Shown here: one piece after another, positions 7,361-16,421 of the stretch
How the letters are laid out: every line of letters starts with the position of its first letter
Position numbering within the stretch: position 1 is the first letter of the stretch
Origin: Candidatus Uhrbacteria bacterium
Lineage (GTDB): Bacteria > Patescibacteriota > Patescibacteriia > UBA9934
DNA: 64,000 nucleotides
Direction: 5' to 3'
Assembly: GCA_943354605.1 (NCBI GenBank)
Contig: CALRCK010000003.1
Coordinates: 85,609 to 149,608, forward strand
The notes under the pieces: generated by a model
The model's database searches: none
What the model was told of the DNA's origin: nothing
The model's input: the letters and a program-made list of their open reading frames with translations, nothing else
Translations under genes and position numbers: made by a program

Positions 7361-10315
7361 TTACACCTGGAGAATATCAATAATGTTCGTTACCGACGAT
7401 TCAACGGCGTCTGGATCAAAGTCGCTTGTGCTATTGATGTCGTCGCCAAAGTGATAATTGCCGTAGAAGGCGTCGCTAATGTCGTCAATCTGTGTGTTCC
7501 AGTCGCTCCCCCAAATACTCGCTGCCACGTCTTCGCTTGCGATAGCGCGAAGCTCTCCGGTTTCGCCAACCGCGTACACCGTGTTCACGGAAACAAACTT
7601 CACCATCGTGGTGCCCGGGTGATACGTGACATTCACTCCAAGCGTAATCGACGACAGGAAGTCGTCTGTAACAATAATCACGTCGTCAAAATTCTCGTAC
7701 CAGGTAAAGTACACCTTCTCATTCGGGAACGCATGGCGCTTGCCGTCGTAGTAGTACACCGCGTGACAAGGGTCTTCCACATCCGCATCCGATCCGCATG
7801 CAAGCTTGATCAATGAGTCCACGTCAGCCTCGCCAACGGCAACGTCTTCTTCTGCAGTTGTTTCCGTTGTTGTGCTCGTTTCTGATGCAATCGTGATCGT
7901 TGTTGAGGCGCCACGTGTGGCATTGCCCGCAGCATCCACACAATACGCGTTTGCGATTGCGCTTCCCTCAGCCGCGAACGTATACAAATACGTTGCATAT
8001 CCACCAGAAATACTCATCGCGCCAATATTTGTGCTGTTCACGTACAGCGTGCATGTTCCCATGCCGCCACTATCCGCCACCGATGCGCTTAATGTTGTTG
8101 CTGTTCCCGCGGTGACCGACGTTGGCGTGATCACGCCAACCGTTGGCGCGACAGTATCCGTTGTGGTTGTTGCGGCGGCGGCAACCGTCACCGTAACCGC
8201 CGTTCCTGCGCCGATATTCCCCACCCCATCGCCGCACCATGCATATGCCGTTAATGTTCCACTCGTTGCTGCCGTGTAGCTTCGGCTGTACGTGGACGAC
8301 GACGCCGTCATCTGGCCTTGGTCACTGTCATTGACAAACAATCGGCACTCGTAAATTCCAGAATCGTCTGTTGCCGTCGCCGAGAATGTTACCGCAGTGT
8401 TCTGTGTTGCGGTGGTTGGCGTCATCGCGCTAATCGTTGGAGCAGTCGTGTCTGTAGAAACCGCGGAAACCTTTACCGTCACCGTGCTGCCGGTTCCCAC
8501 GTTCCCTGCAGCATCGGTACATGTCATGTATACCGAATAATCCCCAGCGGCATCAAACGTTCCGGATGCGGAAGCCGTTCCTGACGCGAGCGCCATACTC
8601 TTCGCAGAACCATCCACATACGCCGTACAACTCGTCACACCTACCGCGTCGCTGTACGTTGCACTAAATGTTGTAGCAACACCGGCCGTTGCAGTCGTTG
8701 GGGTGATTGCTCCCACGGTTGGAGCAGTGGTGTCCGCGCTCGCTGCTGCAGCAACCGTGACGGTTGTTGCCGAACCCGTTCCACTATTTCCTGCCGCGTC
8801 TTTACATGAAACGTACACCGACAACGTTCCGCTTGCCGACGGCGTGTAGGACAGCGTCGCGTATCCCGACGCCACCGTCATTGCGCCGACGTTCGTGCTG
8901 CCAACGTACAAGGAACACGTTGAAACTCCAACTGCGTCAGAGACAGCAGCAGTGAACGTTGATGCGGTTCCAGCAGTCGCTGTTGTTGGCGTCACAGAAC
9001 CCACCGTTGGCGCTGTCGTGTCCGTAGACGAAGACGACGCAGCGACAGTAATTGATGTGACGGTTCCGCTCTTGCTGTTCCCTGCGGCATCAACACACGT
9101 TGCCTTTGCATTGAATGTTCCGCTTGTTGAAAACGTATAGCTCTTACTTGCGGTTCCACTTGCGAGGGTCATGGCGCCCTGGCTCACTCCACCAACATAC
9201 AGCGTGCATCCCGTCACCGCGATGTTGTCTGAATATGTCGCCGACAACGTTGCTGCAGTTCCTGCTGTTGCCGTGGTTGGGGTGATGGATCCGACGGTTG
9301 GAGCGGTAGTGTCTCCGGTAATCACCAACGTTTTCGACGTCCCGCTCCCCGTGTTTCCGGAAGTATCCGTACATTTTGCCTGTACCGATACTGATCCTGT
9401 TGTAGATGCGGTGTATGAATACGTTGCCGTCCCGCTCGTGGTAGAGCTCCCGAGCGTCATCGCACCAACACTCGATCCGCTCACGTACAATGTACAACTC
9501 GATACACCAACAGCATCAGAATATGTTGCAGAAAGTGTTGTTGCAACCGTTGCGGTGATTGTCAGCGGAGTGATGCTTCCTACCGTTGGGGCCGTCGTGT
9601 CTGGACTTGCAACCGCGACGTACGTTACCGCACCCGTCCCGACATTTCCCGCAGCATCCACACACGTGACCCACGATGGATCGGTTCCGTTGTCTGGCGG
9701 CGCAGCATACAACGTTGCGGTTCCGCTTGTGCTTCCTGATCCTCCGGAAAGCGTCATTGTTCCCTGACTTGCGCTATCAAGGTACAACGTACAGCTCGTG
9801 ACACCAACGCTATCCGCATACGACGCAGAGAATGTTTGGTACGCGAATTCCGTTCCCGTTGTTGGGCTTACCGACCCCACTGTTGGAGCGGTGGTATCTG
9901 ACGACGATGAAGACGACGCAGAGACTGTTACCGTTGTGGACGAACCTGTACCGCTATTTCCGGCAGCATCCGTACACACCGCATACGCCGTGATCGATCC
10001 TGCCGGACCAGTCATGTATCCATATGTTGCGGTTCCGCTGGTTGTAGAACTTCCAAGCGCCATGGTCCCCGCCGGCATCCCGCTCACGTACAACATACAG
10101 CTCGACACGCCAACTGCATCCGAGTACGTTGCGGAAAACGTGGTCATGGTTGTAGCGGTTGCCGTGGTTGGTGTGATAGCACCAACGACTGGCGCAGTCG
10201 TATCTGCCGTCGCAAGGCTCAACGCCGGCGAAAAGACGAGAAAACCGAACCCAAAACATAACGCTAACCCCAATTTTTGAAGTCCAAAACGAATATTTGC
10301 ATTCATATACCGCAA
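7361..10315 (-). CDS. Large secreted/cell-surface protein with about 10 tandem Ig-like (~95 aa) repeats and a unique C-terminal domain
   Basis: Signal peptide MNANIRFGLQKLGLALCFGFGFLVFSPALSLA. Repeats of DTTAPTVGSITPTTATAGTA.TLSATYSDAVGV.SCTLYV.G...GAMTL.....Y.......G....Y..CTDAAGN.G.G. The C-terminal ~190 aa are non-repetitive. All plus-strand ORFs across this span are antisense artefacts. Confidence 0.75.
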   Translation of the reverse strand: MRYMNANIRFGLQKLGLALCFGFGFLVFSPALSLATADTTAPVVGAITPTTATATTMTTFSATYSDAVGVSSCMLYVSGMPAGTMALGSSTTSGTATYGYMTGPAGSITAYAVCTDAAGNSGTGSSTTVTVSASSSSSSDTTAPTVGSVSPTTGTEFAYQTFSASYADSVGVTSCTLYLDSASQGTMTLSGGSGSTSGTATLYAAPPDNGTDPSWVTCVDAAGNVGTGAVTYVAVASPDTTAPTVGSITPLTITATVATTLSATYSDAVGVSSCTLYVSGSSVGAMTLGSSTTSGTATYSYTASTTGSVSVQAKCTDTSGNTGSGTSKTLVITGDTTAPTVGSITPTTATAGTAATLSATYSDNIAVTGCTLYVGGVSQGAMTLASGTASKSYTFSTSGTFNAKATCVDAAGNSKSGTVTSITVAASSSSTDTTAPTVGSVTPTTATAGTASTFTAAVSDAVGVSTCSLYVGSTNVGAMTVASGYATLSYTPSASGTLSVYVSCKDAAGNSGTGSATTVTVAAAASADTTAPTVGAITPTTATAGVATTFSATYSDAVGVTSCTAYVDGSAKSMALASGTASASGTFDAAGDYSVYMTCTDAAGNVGTGSTVTVKVSAVSTDTTAPTISAMTPTTATQNTAVTFSATATDDSGIYECRLFVNDSDQGQMTASSSTYSRSYTAATSGTLTAYAWCGDGVGNIGAGTAVTVTVAAAATTTTDTVAPTVGVITPTSVTAGTATTLSASVADSGGMGTCTLYVNSTNIGAMSISGGYATYLYTFAAEGSAIANAYCVDAAGNATRGASTTITIASETSTTTETTAEEDVAVGEADVDSLIKLACGSDADVEDPCHAVYYYDGKRHAFPNEKVYFTWYENFDDVIIVTDDFLSSITLGVNVTYHPGTTMVKFVSVNTVYAVGETGELRAIASEDVAASIWGSDWNTQIDDISDAFYGNYHFGDDINSTSDFDPDAVESSVTNIIDILQV

Positions 10316-10360
10316 GTATATCTCGATAGCGAACGCCGTCCGAAAGTTATCCGGAGCCTA

Positions 10361-10708
10361 CTACTCGTCGATTTCCTTTAAAAACCAACTTGTTAACGTG
10401 CTCACGGCCCACGTCAGAATGCCCACCATCAAGGCTGGCATAAAGCCCGCCACCGTTACACCTTTCACAAAGGTTGCCATAAACCACACCAGCGCACCGT
10501 TAATCACAAAGGTGAACAATCCAAGCGTGACGATATTCACCGGCAATGTGAGGATCACGAGAATTGGACGAATCACGGCGTTCAACAGCCCAAGCACCAG
10601 TGCTGCAACAAGCGCCGAGTAAAAGCTCGACACGTGGAAACCGGCAATGATCTGCGTTGCGGCAAGGAGCGTGAGTGCGTTGATGAACCAGCGAAGAATA
10701 AGTTTCAT
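10361..10708 (-). CDS. DUF360 / phage-holin-4-like family membrane protein (YvlD-like)
   Basis: MKLILRWFINALTLLAATQIIAGFHVSSFYSALVAALVLGLLNAVIRPILVILTLPVNIVTLGLFTFVING... is the characteristic DUF360 architecture. Confidence 0.7.
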   Translation of the reverse strand: MKLILRWFINALTLLAATQIIAGFHVSSFYSALVAALVLGLLNAVIRPILVILTLPVNIVTLGLFTFVINGALVWFMATFVKGVTVAGFMPALMVGILTWAVSTLTSWFLKEIDE

Positions 10709-10717
10709 ATGGATTGA

Positions 10718-10945
10718 TTATAGCGAATCTTCCGTTGGTGTGTCGTCGAGCGCCGCAAACTTTTTCTTCAAAGTGACCACGGTATTCTCCACGTCGGCAA
10801 GCTTTTCTTTGAGCATTTTTGCTAGTTCAAGCCCGCGCTCAAATTTTTTGACGCCTTCATCAAGATCTACATTCTGTGTTTCGAACCACTCGGTGATAGC
10901 CTCGAGCTCCTGAAATGCATCGGCAAACGATATTTTTTTGGACAT
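10718..10945 (-). CDS. xseB: Exodeoxyribonuclease VII small subunit
   Basis: 75 aa. SFADAFQELEAITEWFETQNVDLDEGVKKFERGLELAKMLKEKL matches the XseB coiled-coil signature. Adjacent to xseA. Confidence 0.8.
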   Translation of the reverse strand: MSKKISFADAFQELEAITEWFETQNVDLDEGVKKFERGLELAKMLKEKLADVENTVVTLKKKFAALDDTPTEDSL

Positions 10946-10956
10946 AGTTTTTTTTC

Positions 10957-11036
10957 GTCACCCTGAGCGAAGCGAAGGGTCTCTCGTAGGTGAGATTTTC
11001 TCCCTGCGGAGATTCCTCGCCTACGCTCGGAATGAC
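10957..11036. repeat. REP/MITE-like nested palindromic element, family 1, copy 2
   Basis: GTCACCCTGAGCGAAGCGAAGGGTCTCTCGTAGGTGAG...CTCGCCTACGCTCGGAATGAC, between xseA and xseB. Source of the spurious HPERSEGSLVGE...ARND ORF. Confidence 0.75.
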
Positions 11037-11050
11037 GGAGCCTTATATGA

Positions 11051-12328
11051 TCACAGCAGACTTTCCTGTACCGCATTCGTCTCCACCTGGGCGCGGATCT
11101 CTCCCTCCCTCAATTGTATGGTGAGACGGTCTCCGGGAGCAACACCACGAGAGGATTTCAAGATTTTTCCCGCAGATCGCACCAATGCGTATCCTCGTTT
11201 TAACACTTCTCGTGGATCGATACTTTTCAACACACGCTCAAGCTCTGTAATCGATCGCGAACGTTCATCCATAACGGCCTTCATCCGACCGTCGATGGTT
11301 TGCACTCGGCGATCGATGTGCTCCACGGTCGCAATGAGGCTCAAGCGGAATCGTTCGAATGCGTAAACAAATCTGCGTGTCACATCGGTCATGGACTGAA
11401 GCAATCGTGCGAGTGAACGGTCGAAGATGCTGAGCGCACGGTCGACCGCATGGCCTTTGTCGTCGATCTCGTATTGCAGCCGATCTCCGATTCTGTCTGC
11501 ACTCATCGCAACACTCACGGTAATCTCGCGTCTGTCCGGCACGACGCGCTCCGCAGCATTGCTCGGTGTGGAAGCGCGAACATCGGCAACAAAGTCGCAT
11601 AACGATTCATCGCGTTCATGACCTACACCCACTACCACCGGAATTGCACTCTGAAACACTGCGCGAACGACAGCCTCGCTATTGAATGCATGCAGGTCCT
11701 CAAGGCTTCCTCCCCCACGAGTCAGCACAATGACTTCAGGTCGATTCTCGATTGGAAGCGTGTTGAGCTGCGCAAATGCACCAAGAATTTCTTGCACCGC
11801 ATCCTTGCCCTGCACCGTCACCGGAACATGCGTCACCGTCACTCCGCTCCACCGATTTCGGAGGATGCGAAGAAAATCGCCGTACGCCGCAGCCTCGCCA
11901 GAGGTAATAAGCCCGATGCGCTCGGGGAATCGTGGGATTGATCGCTTGCGCGCAGTCTCGAACATTCCCTCCAATCGCAGTTTCTCTTTGAGCGCGAGAT
12001 ACGCTTTTTGCAACGCACCTTCGCCCACCAACGCAATCGCTGTCACGTTCAGCGTAAATTTTCCAAATCGCTCAAATACCTTCGACGTTCCGGTGACGTG
12101 CACTCGCATGCCACTTTGCAACGGAACATTCAGTGCGAACACCGTCATGAAACACGAAATCTTCGCTTCCGCTTTCTCGTCTTTCAAATCAAAATTCACC
12201 CACTTCCCCTGGCTCACCTTAAACTCCACCACCTCACCTTCAATCACCATGCCCTCATGAGGGATGGTCCGAAGGGCATGATTGACGAGCCCGAGGTAAT
12301 CGGAAACAGAGATGACCGCAGGAGCCAT
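11051..12328 (-). CDS. xseA: Exodeoxyribonuclease VII large subunit
   Basis: N-terminal OB fold (VSDYLGLVNHALRTIP...EGEVVEFKVSQGKWVNFDLKDEKAEAKISCFM) followed by the catalytic and coiled-coil regions. 425 aa. Confidence 0.85.
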   Translation of the reverse strand: MAPAVISVSDYLGLVNHALRTIPHEGMVIEGEVVEFKVSQGKWVNFDLKDEKAEAKISCFMTVFALNVPLQSGMRVHVTGTSKVFERFGKFTLNVTAIALVGEGALQKAYLALKEKLRLEGMFETARKRSIPRFPERIGLITSGEAAAYGDFLRILRNRWSGVTVTHVPVTVQGKDAVQEILGAFAQLNTLPIENRPEVIVLTRGGGSLEDLHAFNSEAVVRAVFQSAIPVVVGVGHERDESLCDFVADVRASTPSNAAERVVPDRREITVSVAMSADRIGDRLQYEIDDKGHAVDRALSIFDRSLARLLQSMTDVTRRFVYAFERFRLSLIATVEHIDRRVQTIDGRMKAVMDERSRSITELERVLKSIDPREVLKRGYALVRSAGKILKSSRGVAPGDRLTIQLREGEIRAQVETNAVQESLL

Positions 12329-12331
12329 ACG

Positions 12332-12721
12332 TTATGGCGCTGGTTCAGTGTTCAGAATTTCCAGCGCTTTCTTTGCGACTTCATTGACGTCCTCTCCCCC
12401 ATTTATGGCGCTCGACGAACCTGAGTCGGGTGAGGAGAGTGAGTTGGAGGGGGCTTCAGACGAGGCTTCGGCAGGAGCCGGCTCCGGCTTCGATATTTTC
12501 TTCGCTTCCGCCTGCATCACCACAGGATTCTGTTTCAGCAGTGCGTTAAAGCGCTCCGCAGGTGTCATATCTGTTCCAAACATCGATCCGCCGGTTGCAC
12601 GTTCAAAGATATACAACCCGACGCACACCAACGCCACAATGCCAAACAAATATCCGTACCACGGCTTCCATGGTTTCGGCTCCCCCTCTAAGGGATTTTT
12701 GAGTAAGCGATTCATGATCAT
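12332..12721 (-). CDS. Hypothetical single-pass membrane protein
   Basis: TM helix WYGYLFGIVALVCVGLYIF and a C-terminal Ser/Pro/Ala-rich tail. Tightly packed between the nuclease gene and xseA. Confidence 0.4.
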   Translation of the reverse strand: MIMNRLLKNPLEGEPKPWKPWYGYLFGIVALVCVGLYIFERATGGSMFGTDMTPAERFNALLKQNPVVMQAEAKKISKPEPAPAEASSEAPSNSLSSPDSGSSSAINGGEDVNEVAKKALEILNTEPAP

Positions 12722-14106
12722 AGCGCACGCTGCTTAGCCCATTGGCGAACCACCCAGGTTGCCCGAACATCGTCTTCATTGTAACGCAACACGTCGTTCA
12801 GCATCTCGCGGTTTCCAGTACGCAACCAGTCTTCGTACCACAAAACCGAGTTTAAGCCCGACGCGTCGTCGTGACGCCAACGGAAACCCAAGAACTGTGC
12901 AATATCTTTCAACGAGTAAAATGACAACGGAAAAATAACCGCTTCACGCAAACGCTCGAGAACATCGACGGATCGTTCCGCGAGATCGTCGACGAATCCT
13001 TCTGGCGCGCCGTGTCGCTCCGCCATCAATCGAAACACATCTTGCTCATACCACCCGTAGTGATACACCGGAATGCCTGGGCGCGATTCCATGAACGCAA
13101 CAAATGCCTCCCAGGCTGCCTTTTCCTCGTCCTGTTTTTCCGCAAGGAACGTGTGGAACTCGTCGCCTTGGCCGTGCACGTCGAGCACACCAAAGAGGTA
13201 ATGCAAATCGCGCAAAGGATCAGCCTCAATATCAACAACAAGTGCGTCGTCGGTTTTTGGAAAATCGATTTTGCCAAGAACAACCGGCTTGCCGTCAAGT
13301 AACGCTTTCGCGCCAAGGATGAGGAATTGCAATCGCTCTTGGGTGATCCCGGGAACGCCGCGCGCCAAAAGATCGGCGTTGCGAGTGGAAAGCTCTGTAA
13401 CGGTGGTGATCCCCGCGTCGTTCAGCGCTGTCACTTCGCTCCGCCAAATGCGGTTCATACGGGAAAGATGATCGCTCGCAATGGTTTCATTTTTACATTC
13501 GTCGAACCACGGCGATTGTTTGCAATCCGATGTAAGAAAGTGCGGTTCACGGATACCTTCAAGAATTCGCTCAATGCCATCAAGCACAAGGCGGAACTTG
13601 GTCAGATATTCCTCCAGGATATACGCCTCCACTGTGCCGTCTGGGCGCATGATGTATCCCTGTTTTGGCTTCATGCCCTGAATGCCGCGCAATACCTCTG
13701 CATAAAACGCGCCCTGCACACAATATTCGTCCTTGAGATGTCGGGAACGCTTGATGTCGCACGCCACGTAATAGTAGTCGCCAAAATTCGACTTCCCTGA
13801 AACGCGCTCGAAAAGATCGGGCTTCGCAACCCAGTGACCGTGCAGAAGCACACCGCCGTAAATCGACTGCGCGCCCTGCTTCATGAGTTCTACTGTTTTC
13901 GCAAACGCTTCGTCTTCCGATTCCGCAGAAATTTCAATCGATTTTCGCGTCACCAAAATTGCGCGCTCTTGTTCTTGAATCAACGCGTCGTCTTGCACTC
14001 GCGCTCGCATCGCGTCTTCCCTGTGCGGCAACGTCGCATCAAACCAAATCCACGACGGGCATTTGAGATAGCGATAAAAACTTTGTTTGGTAATGCGTTT
14101 GGACAT
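12718..14106 (-). CDS. TM0106-family RecB-like nuclease (Cas4-like PD-(D/E)xK N-domain plus RNase-H-like C-domain)
   Basis: 462 aa. YYVACDIKRSRHLKDEY (D..K nuclease motif). C-terminal LVVDIEADPLRDLHYLFGV resembles an RNase H-like/YprB exonuclease motif. Size and order match TIGR03491-type proteins. Confidence 0.5.
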   Translation of the reverse strand: MSKRITKQSFYRYLKCPSWIWFDATLPHREDAMRARVQDDALIQEQERAILVTRKSIEISAESEDEAFAKTVELMKQGAQSIYGGVLLHGHWVAKPDLFERVSGKSNFGDYYYVACDIKRSRHLKDEYCVQGAFYAEVLRGIQGMKPKQGYIMRPDGTVEAYILEEYLTKFRLVLDGIERILEGIREPHFLTSDCKQSPWFDECKNETIASDHLSRMNRIWRSEVTALNDAGITTVTELSTRNADLLARGVPGITQERLQFLILGAKALLDGKPVVLGKIDFPKTDDALVVDIEADPLRDLHYLFGVLDVHGQGDEFHTFLAEKQDEEKAAWEAFVAFMESRPGIPVYHYGWYEQDVFRLMAERHGAPEGFVDDLAERSVDVLERLREAVIFPLSFYSLKDIAQFLGFRWRHDDASGLNSVLWYEDWLRTGNREMLNDVLRYNEDDVRATWVVRQWAKQRAL

Positions 14107-14123
14107 GAACGCAGTGTACAGGA

Positions 14124-14351
14124 CTACGGCGTGAACGTGAACAAATCCTCGATTTTGACTCGCAAATACTTGGCGAGACGAAAGGCGGTGAGAAGCGACG
14201 GCTGCGCCGTGCCCTTTTCGATTGCGGCAAGTGCCTGACGACCAACGCCGATTTCCTTTGCGAGCTCAATCTGGGAAATTGGAATGAGAATGCGATGTGA
14301 GTAGACGTGGGAAATGAACTTGATTTTCTTTTGAGAAGACGGGATGGGCAT
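14124..14351 (-). CDS. XRE-family helix-turn-helix transcriptional regulator
   Basis: 75 aa. ISQIELAKEIGVGRQALAAIEKGTAQPSLLTAFRLAKYLRVKIEDLF is a classic Cro/C1 HTH. Confidence 0.7.
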   Translation of the reverse strand: MPIPSSQKKIKFISHVYSHRILIPISQIELAKEIGVGRQALAAIEKGTAQPSLLTAFRLAKYLRVKIEDLFTFTP

Positions 14352-14407
14352 AGCAAGATCTGAAACTGAACCTTTGAGGGGCTGGAAGGGAACAGACTGT
14401 TTTTTCA

Positions 14408-14503
14408 GTCATGTTGAGCGAAGCGAAACATCTCCACAGGGAGAATCAGTAACCTGCGAGAGATTCTTACCCTCCGGGTATAAGTCACTTCGTTCAGAAT
14501 GAC
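14408..14503. repeat. REP/MITE-like nested palindromic element, family 1, copy 3
   Basis: GTCATGTTGAGCGAAGCGAAACATCTCC ... AAGTCACTTCGTTCAGAATGAC with a palindromic core. Confidence 0.7.
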
Positions 14504-14583
14504 GGACCCTTGATTTCCGCTTTCGAGGATGTCGTGTCCACACAACATTTCATTTGCAAAAATGCCAATGATTTCGAAGATCA

Positions 14584-14605
14584 GATGTCGTGTTGACACG
14601 ACATC
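14584..14605. promoter_or_regulatory. Perfect 22-bp palindrome (GATGTCGTG-TTGA-CACGACATC), candidate operator
   Basis: 9-bp perfect stem with a 4-nt loop and no flanking T-run. The half-site GATGTCGTGT recurs at 14529-14538. Located in the XRE/PPIase intergenic region. Confidence 0.3.
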
Positions 14606-14700
14606 CACAATATCACAAAACACACATGCCAGGCGCCGATCACGCCGCGGCGTTCGCCTTCTTCACATCCTTCAATGGTTCAGGCTTTTTCTCACATATA

Positions 14701-14735
14701 GGCGAGGCACGGTGGCCTCGCCTTTACTTTTATTT
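14701..14735 (+). terminator. Terminator-like hairpin readable on plus strand
   Basis: GGCGAGGCacggtgGCCTCGCC followed by TTTACTTTTATTT. Overlaps the PPIase stop. A plus-strand terminator here is unexpected given flanking minus-strand genes. Confidence 0.4.
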
Positions 14736-15365
14736 CACATCCTCAACCGTCACTTTTGTCATAACTTGATCTTCTACTGGCCGATCGTGTGCACCAGTCT
14801 GAGTTGCAGCGATCGCGTCAACAACGTCCATGCCCGATGTCACTTCGCCGAAAATGCTATAGGCATGTGGCAGTGGAACATCTTTGTGCATAATAAAAAA
14901 CTGGCTTCCGTTGGTATTTGGCCCAGCATTGGCCATCGCCACTGTTCCTCGCGTATACGTGTGGGTATCCGCAAGCTCGTCGGCAAACTTGTATCCCGGG
15001 CCGCCGGATCCGGTTCCTGTTGGATCACCGCCCTGAATCATGAATCCGCTAATCACTCGGTGAAAGATCAAGCCATCGTAATAGCCGTTGCTCGCCAAGT
15101 ACACAAAGTTCGAAACAGTCTTTGGCGCAGTGTCGTCGTACAGTTTAAAGACGATATCGCCTTTTTCCGTGGTAATGCGAACCTGCTTATTATGAATCTG
15201 CTCAGCAGGAAGCGCGCCTGGGAATGTCCATGTTTTCGTTTGCACAACAGGGGTTTGCGATGAAGAGTCTTGTGTCGCAGACGTTGTACCCGATGTGGAC
15301 GATGTTGTGCAACCCGCACCCATCAACAACAAAAACCCAGCGGTGATGATCAAAGAATGTTTCAC
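14730..15365 (-). CDS. Peptidyl-prolyl cis-trans isomerase, cyclophilin type (lipoprotein)
   Basis: Lipoprotein signal MKHSLIITAGFLLLMGAGC, then GYYDGLIFHRVISGFMIQGGDPTGTGSGGPGYKFADE...GTVAMANAGPNTNGSQFFI, canonical cyclophilin. Confidence 0.85.
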   Translation of the reverse strand: MKHSLIITAGFLLLMGAGCTTSSTSGTTSATQDSSSQTPVVQTKTWTFPGALPAEQIHNKQVRITTEKGDIVFKLYDDTAPKTVSNFVYLASNGYYDGLIFHRVISGFMIQGGDPTGTGSGGPGYKFADELADTHTYTRGTVAMANAGPNTNGSQFFIMHKDVPLPHAYSIFGEVTSGMDVVDAIAATQTGAHDRPVEDQVMTKVTVEDVK

Positions 15366-15368
15366 AAG

Positions 15369-15635
15369 CTACTTTAATTGGGACGTAAGAGTCTGTACCT
15401 TCGCCTGCTGAATGCGAAGCGCGTACACCGAGGTAAAGAGTACCGCGGAAAGCGAAAAAACCAAAACAAGAAGCAACGCCATCAGTTCCATGCTTCCTGC
15501 AGGAAGTGCGTGGCAGCTTTGGCAAAGATTATGATGACGAGCTGGCGCAACAACCGGCACGACGTGCGATGCCGACGAGAACGATCGCATACGGCGCGGT
15601 GCTGTGGATTTTTTTGATGGAGCACGTTTTGGCAT
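15369..15635 (-). CDS. Hypothetical small membrane protein
   Basis: Basic N-terminus MPKRAPSKKSTAPRRMRS..., C-terminal TM LMALLLVLVFSLSAVLFTSVYAL. Start is uncertain. Confidence 0.3.
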   Translation of the reverse strand: MPKRAPSKKSTAPRRMRSFSSASHVVPVVAPARHHNLCQSCHALPAGSMELMALLLVLVFSLSAVLFTSVYALRIQQAKVQTLTSQLK

Positions 15636-15664
15636 AAGAAATGTTTGATGATGCGTAAAGTATA

Positions 15665-16414
15665 TCACTCCCGTGGTTTTAACTCTTCCCCAGCTGCGCA
15701 GCCCGTTCCGTCTGCCGACACCGCCCACTCGCCAACCAACATGAATCCGACACGGGTATCCACATCGTCCACCGGAATGGACAGATTCATCGTAGACGAC
15801 GAGTATTCGCTGTGGTCGCTAGCACCAATTTGCCCACCGCATCCGCCGTGTTCGCTCACATTCTCGAGCCGAACCGGAACACCGCCCGGCAACGTGTATG
15901 CAACAGAAATTTCGTATCCACGTGCGCCGCTCGGCGCTTTTTCACGAAGCGCGTCGAACGCCGTCAGCATCGTTGGCGCAGCAACATTCGGAGTAATGCC
16001 GAGCGCAAAGTCGCCGAGCGTTGTCACCTGCACCGCTAACACGTCGTTCGTATCTGCAACAACGTCGTGCAGCCGTTCCCACATCCCAAGCGACGCATCG
16101 AACCAATACACTGCCGCCGCATCCAACGTTCCGGCAGTCGCCGAGCGCTCAAAAGAAAGCACAATTGGCGCATCGCGCTGCACATTGGTTGGCGCAACGT
16201 GATACACGTGACTGACGAGTGGCGTCGCTACCGTCGCAGTATCATCAACGGTGACGGTAAAATCATTCGCCGTACACGAAAGCCCGGTAATCGTTACCAC
16301 GCCGTCGCTACTCTTTACTTCCCTCGCCTCCGGTTCTTTTGCCACAATAAACCACACCGTCATTCCGAAAACGATCACGGCAAATATCCCAAAAATTCCT
16401 CGGACTGATTTCAT
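15665..16414 (-). CDS. Hypothetical secreted protein
   Basis: Signal/TM MKSVRGIFGIFAVIVFGMTVWFIVA, then a ~230 aa domain with no recognisable motifs. Confidence 0.45.
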   Translation of the reverse strand: MKSVRGIFGIFAVIVFGMTVWFIVAKEPEAREVKSSDGVVTITGLSCTANDFTVTVDDTATVATPLVSHVYHVAPTNVQRDAPIVLSFERSATAGTLDAAAVYWFDASLGMWERLHDVVADTNDVLAVQVTTLGDFALGITPNVAAPTMLTAFDALREKAPSGARGYEISVAYTLPGGVPVRLENVSEHGGCGGQIGASDHSEYSSSTMNLSIPVDDVDTRVGFMLVGEWAVSADGTGCAAGEELKPRE

Positions 16415-16421
16415 TCCTGCA

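Noticed and set aside
7806-10280. Several 70-200 aa plus-strand ORFs across 7.8-10.3 kb
   Set aside because: They are antisense to the 984-aa repeat-protein gene. Low-complexity translations are produced by the repeat structure.
14629-14706. 25-aa sORF (MPGADHAAAFAFFTSFNGSGFFSHI) between the palindrome and the plus-strand terminator hairpin
   Set aside because: No SD and no supporting signal. Recorded only because a plus-strand terminator-like hairpin there is otherwise unexplained.
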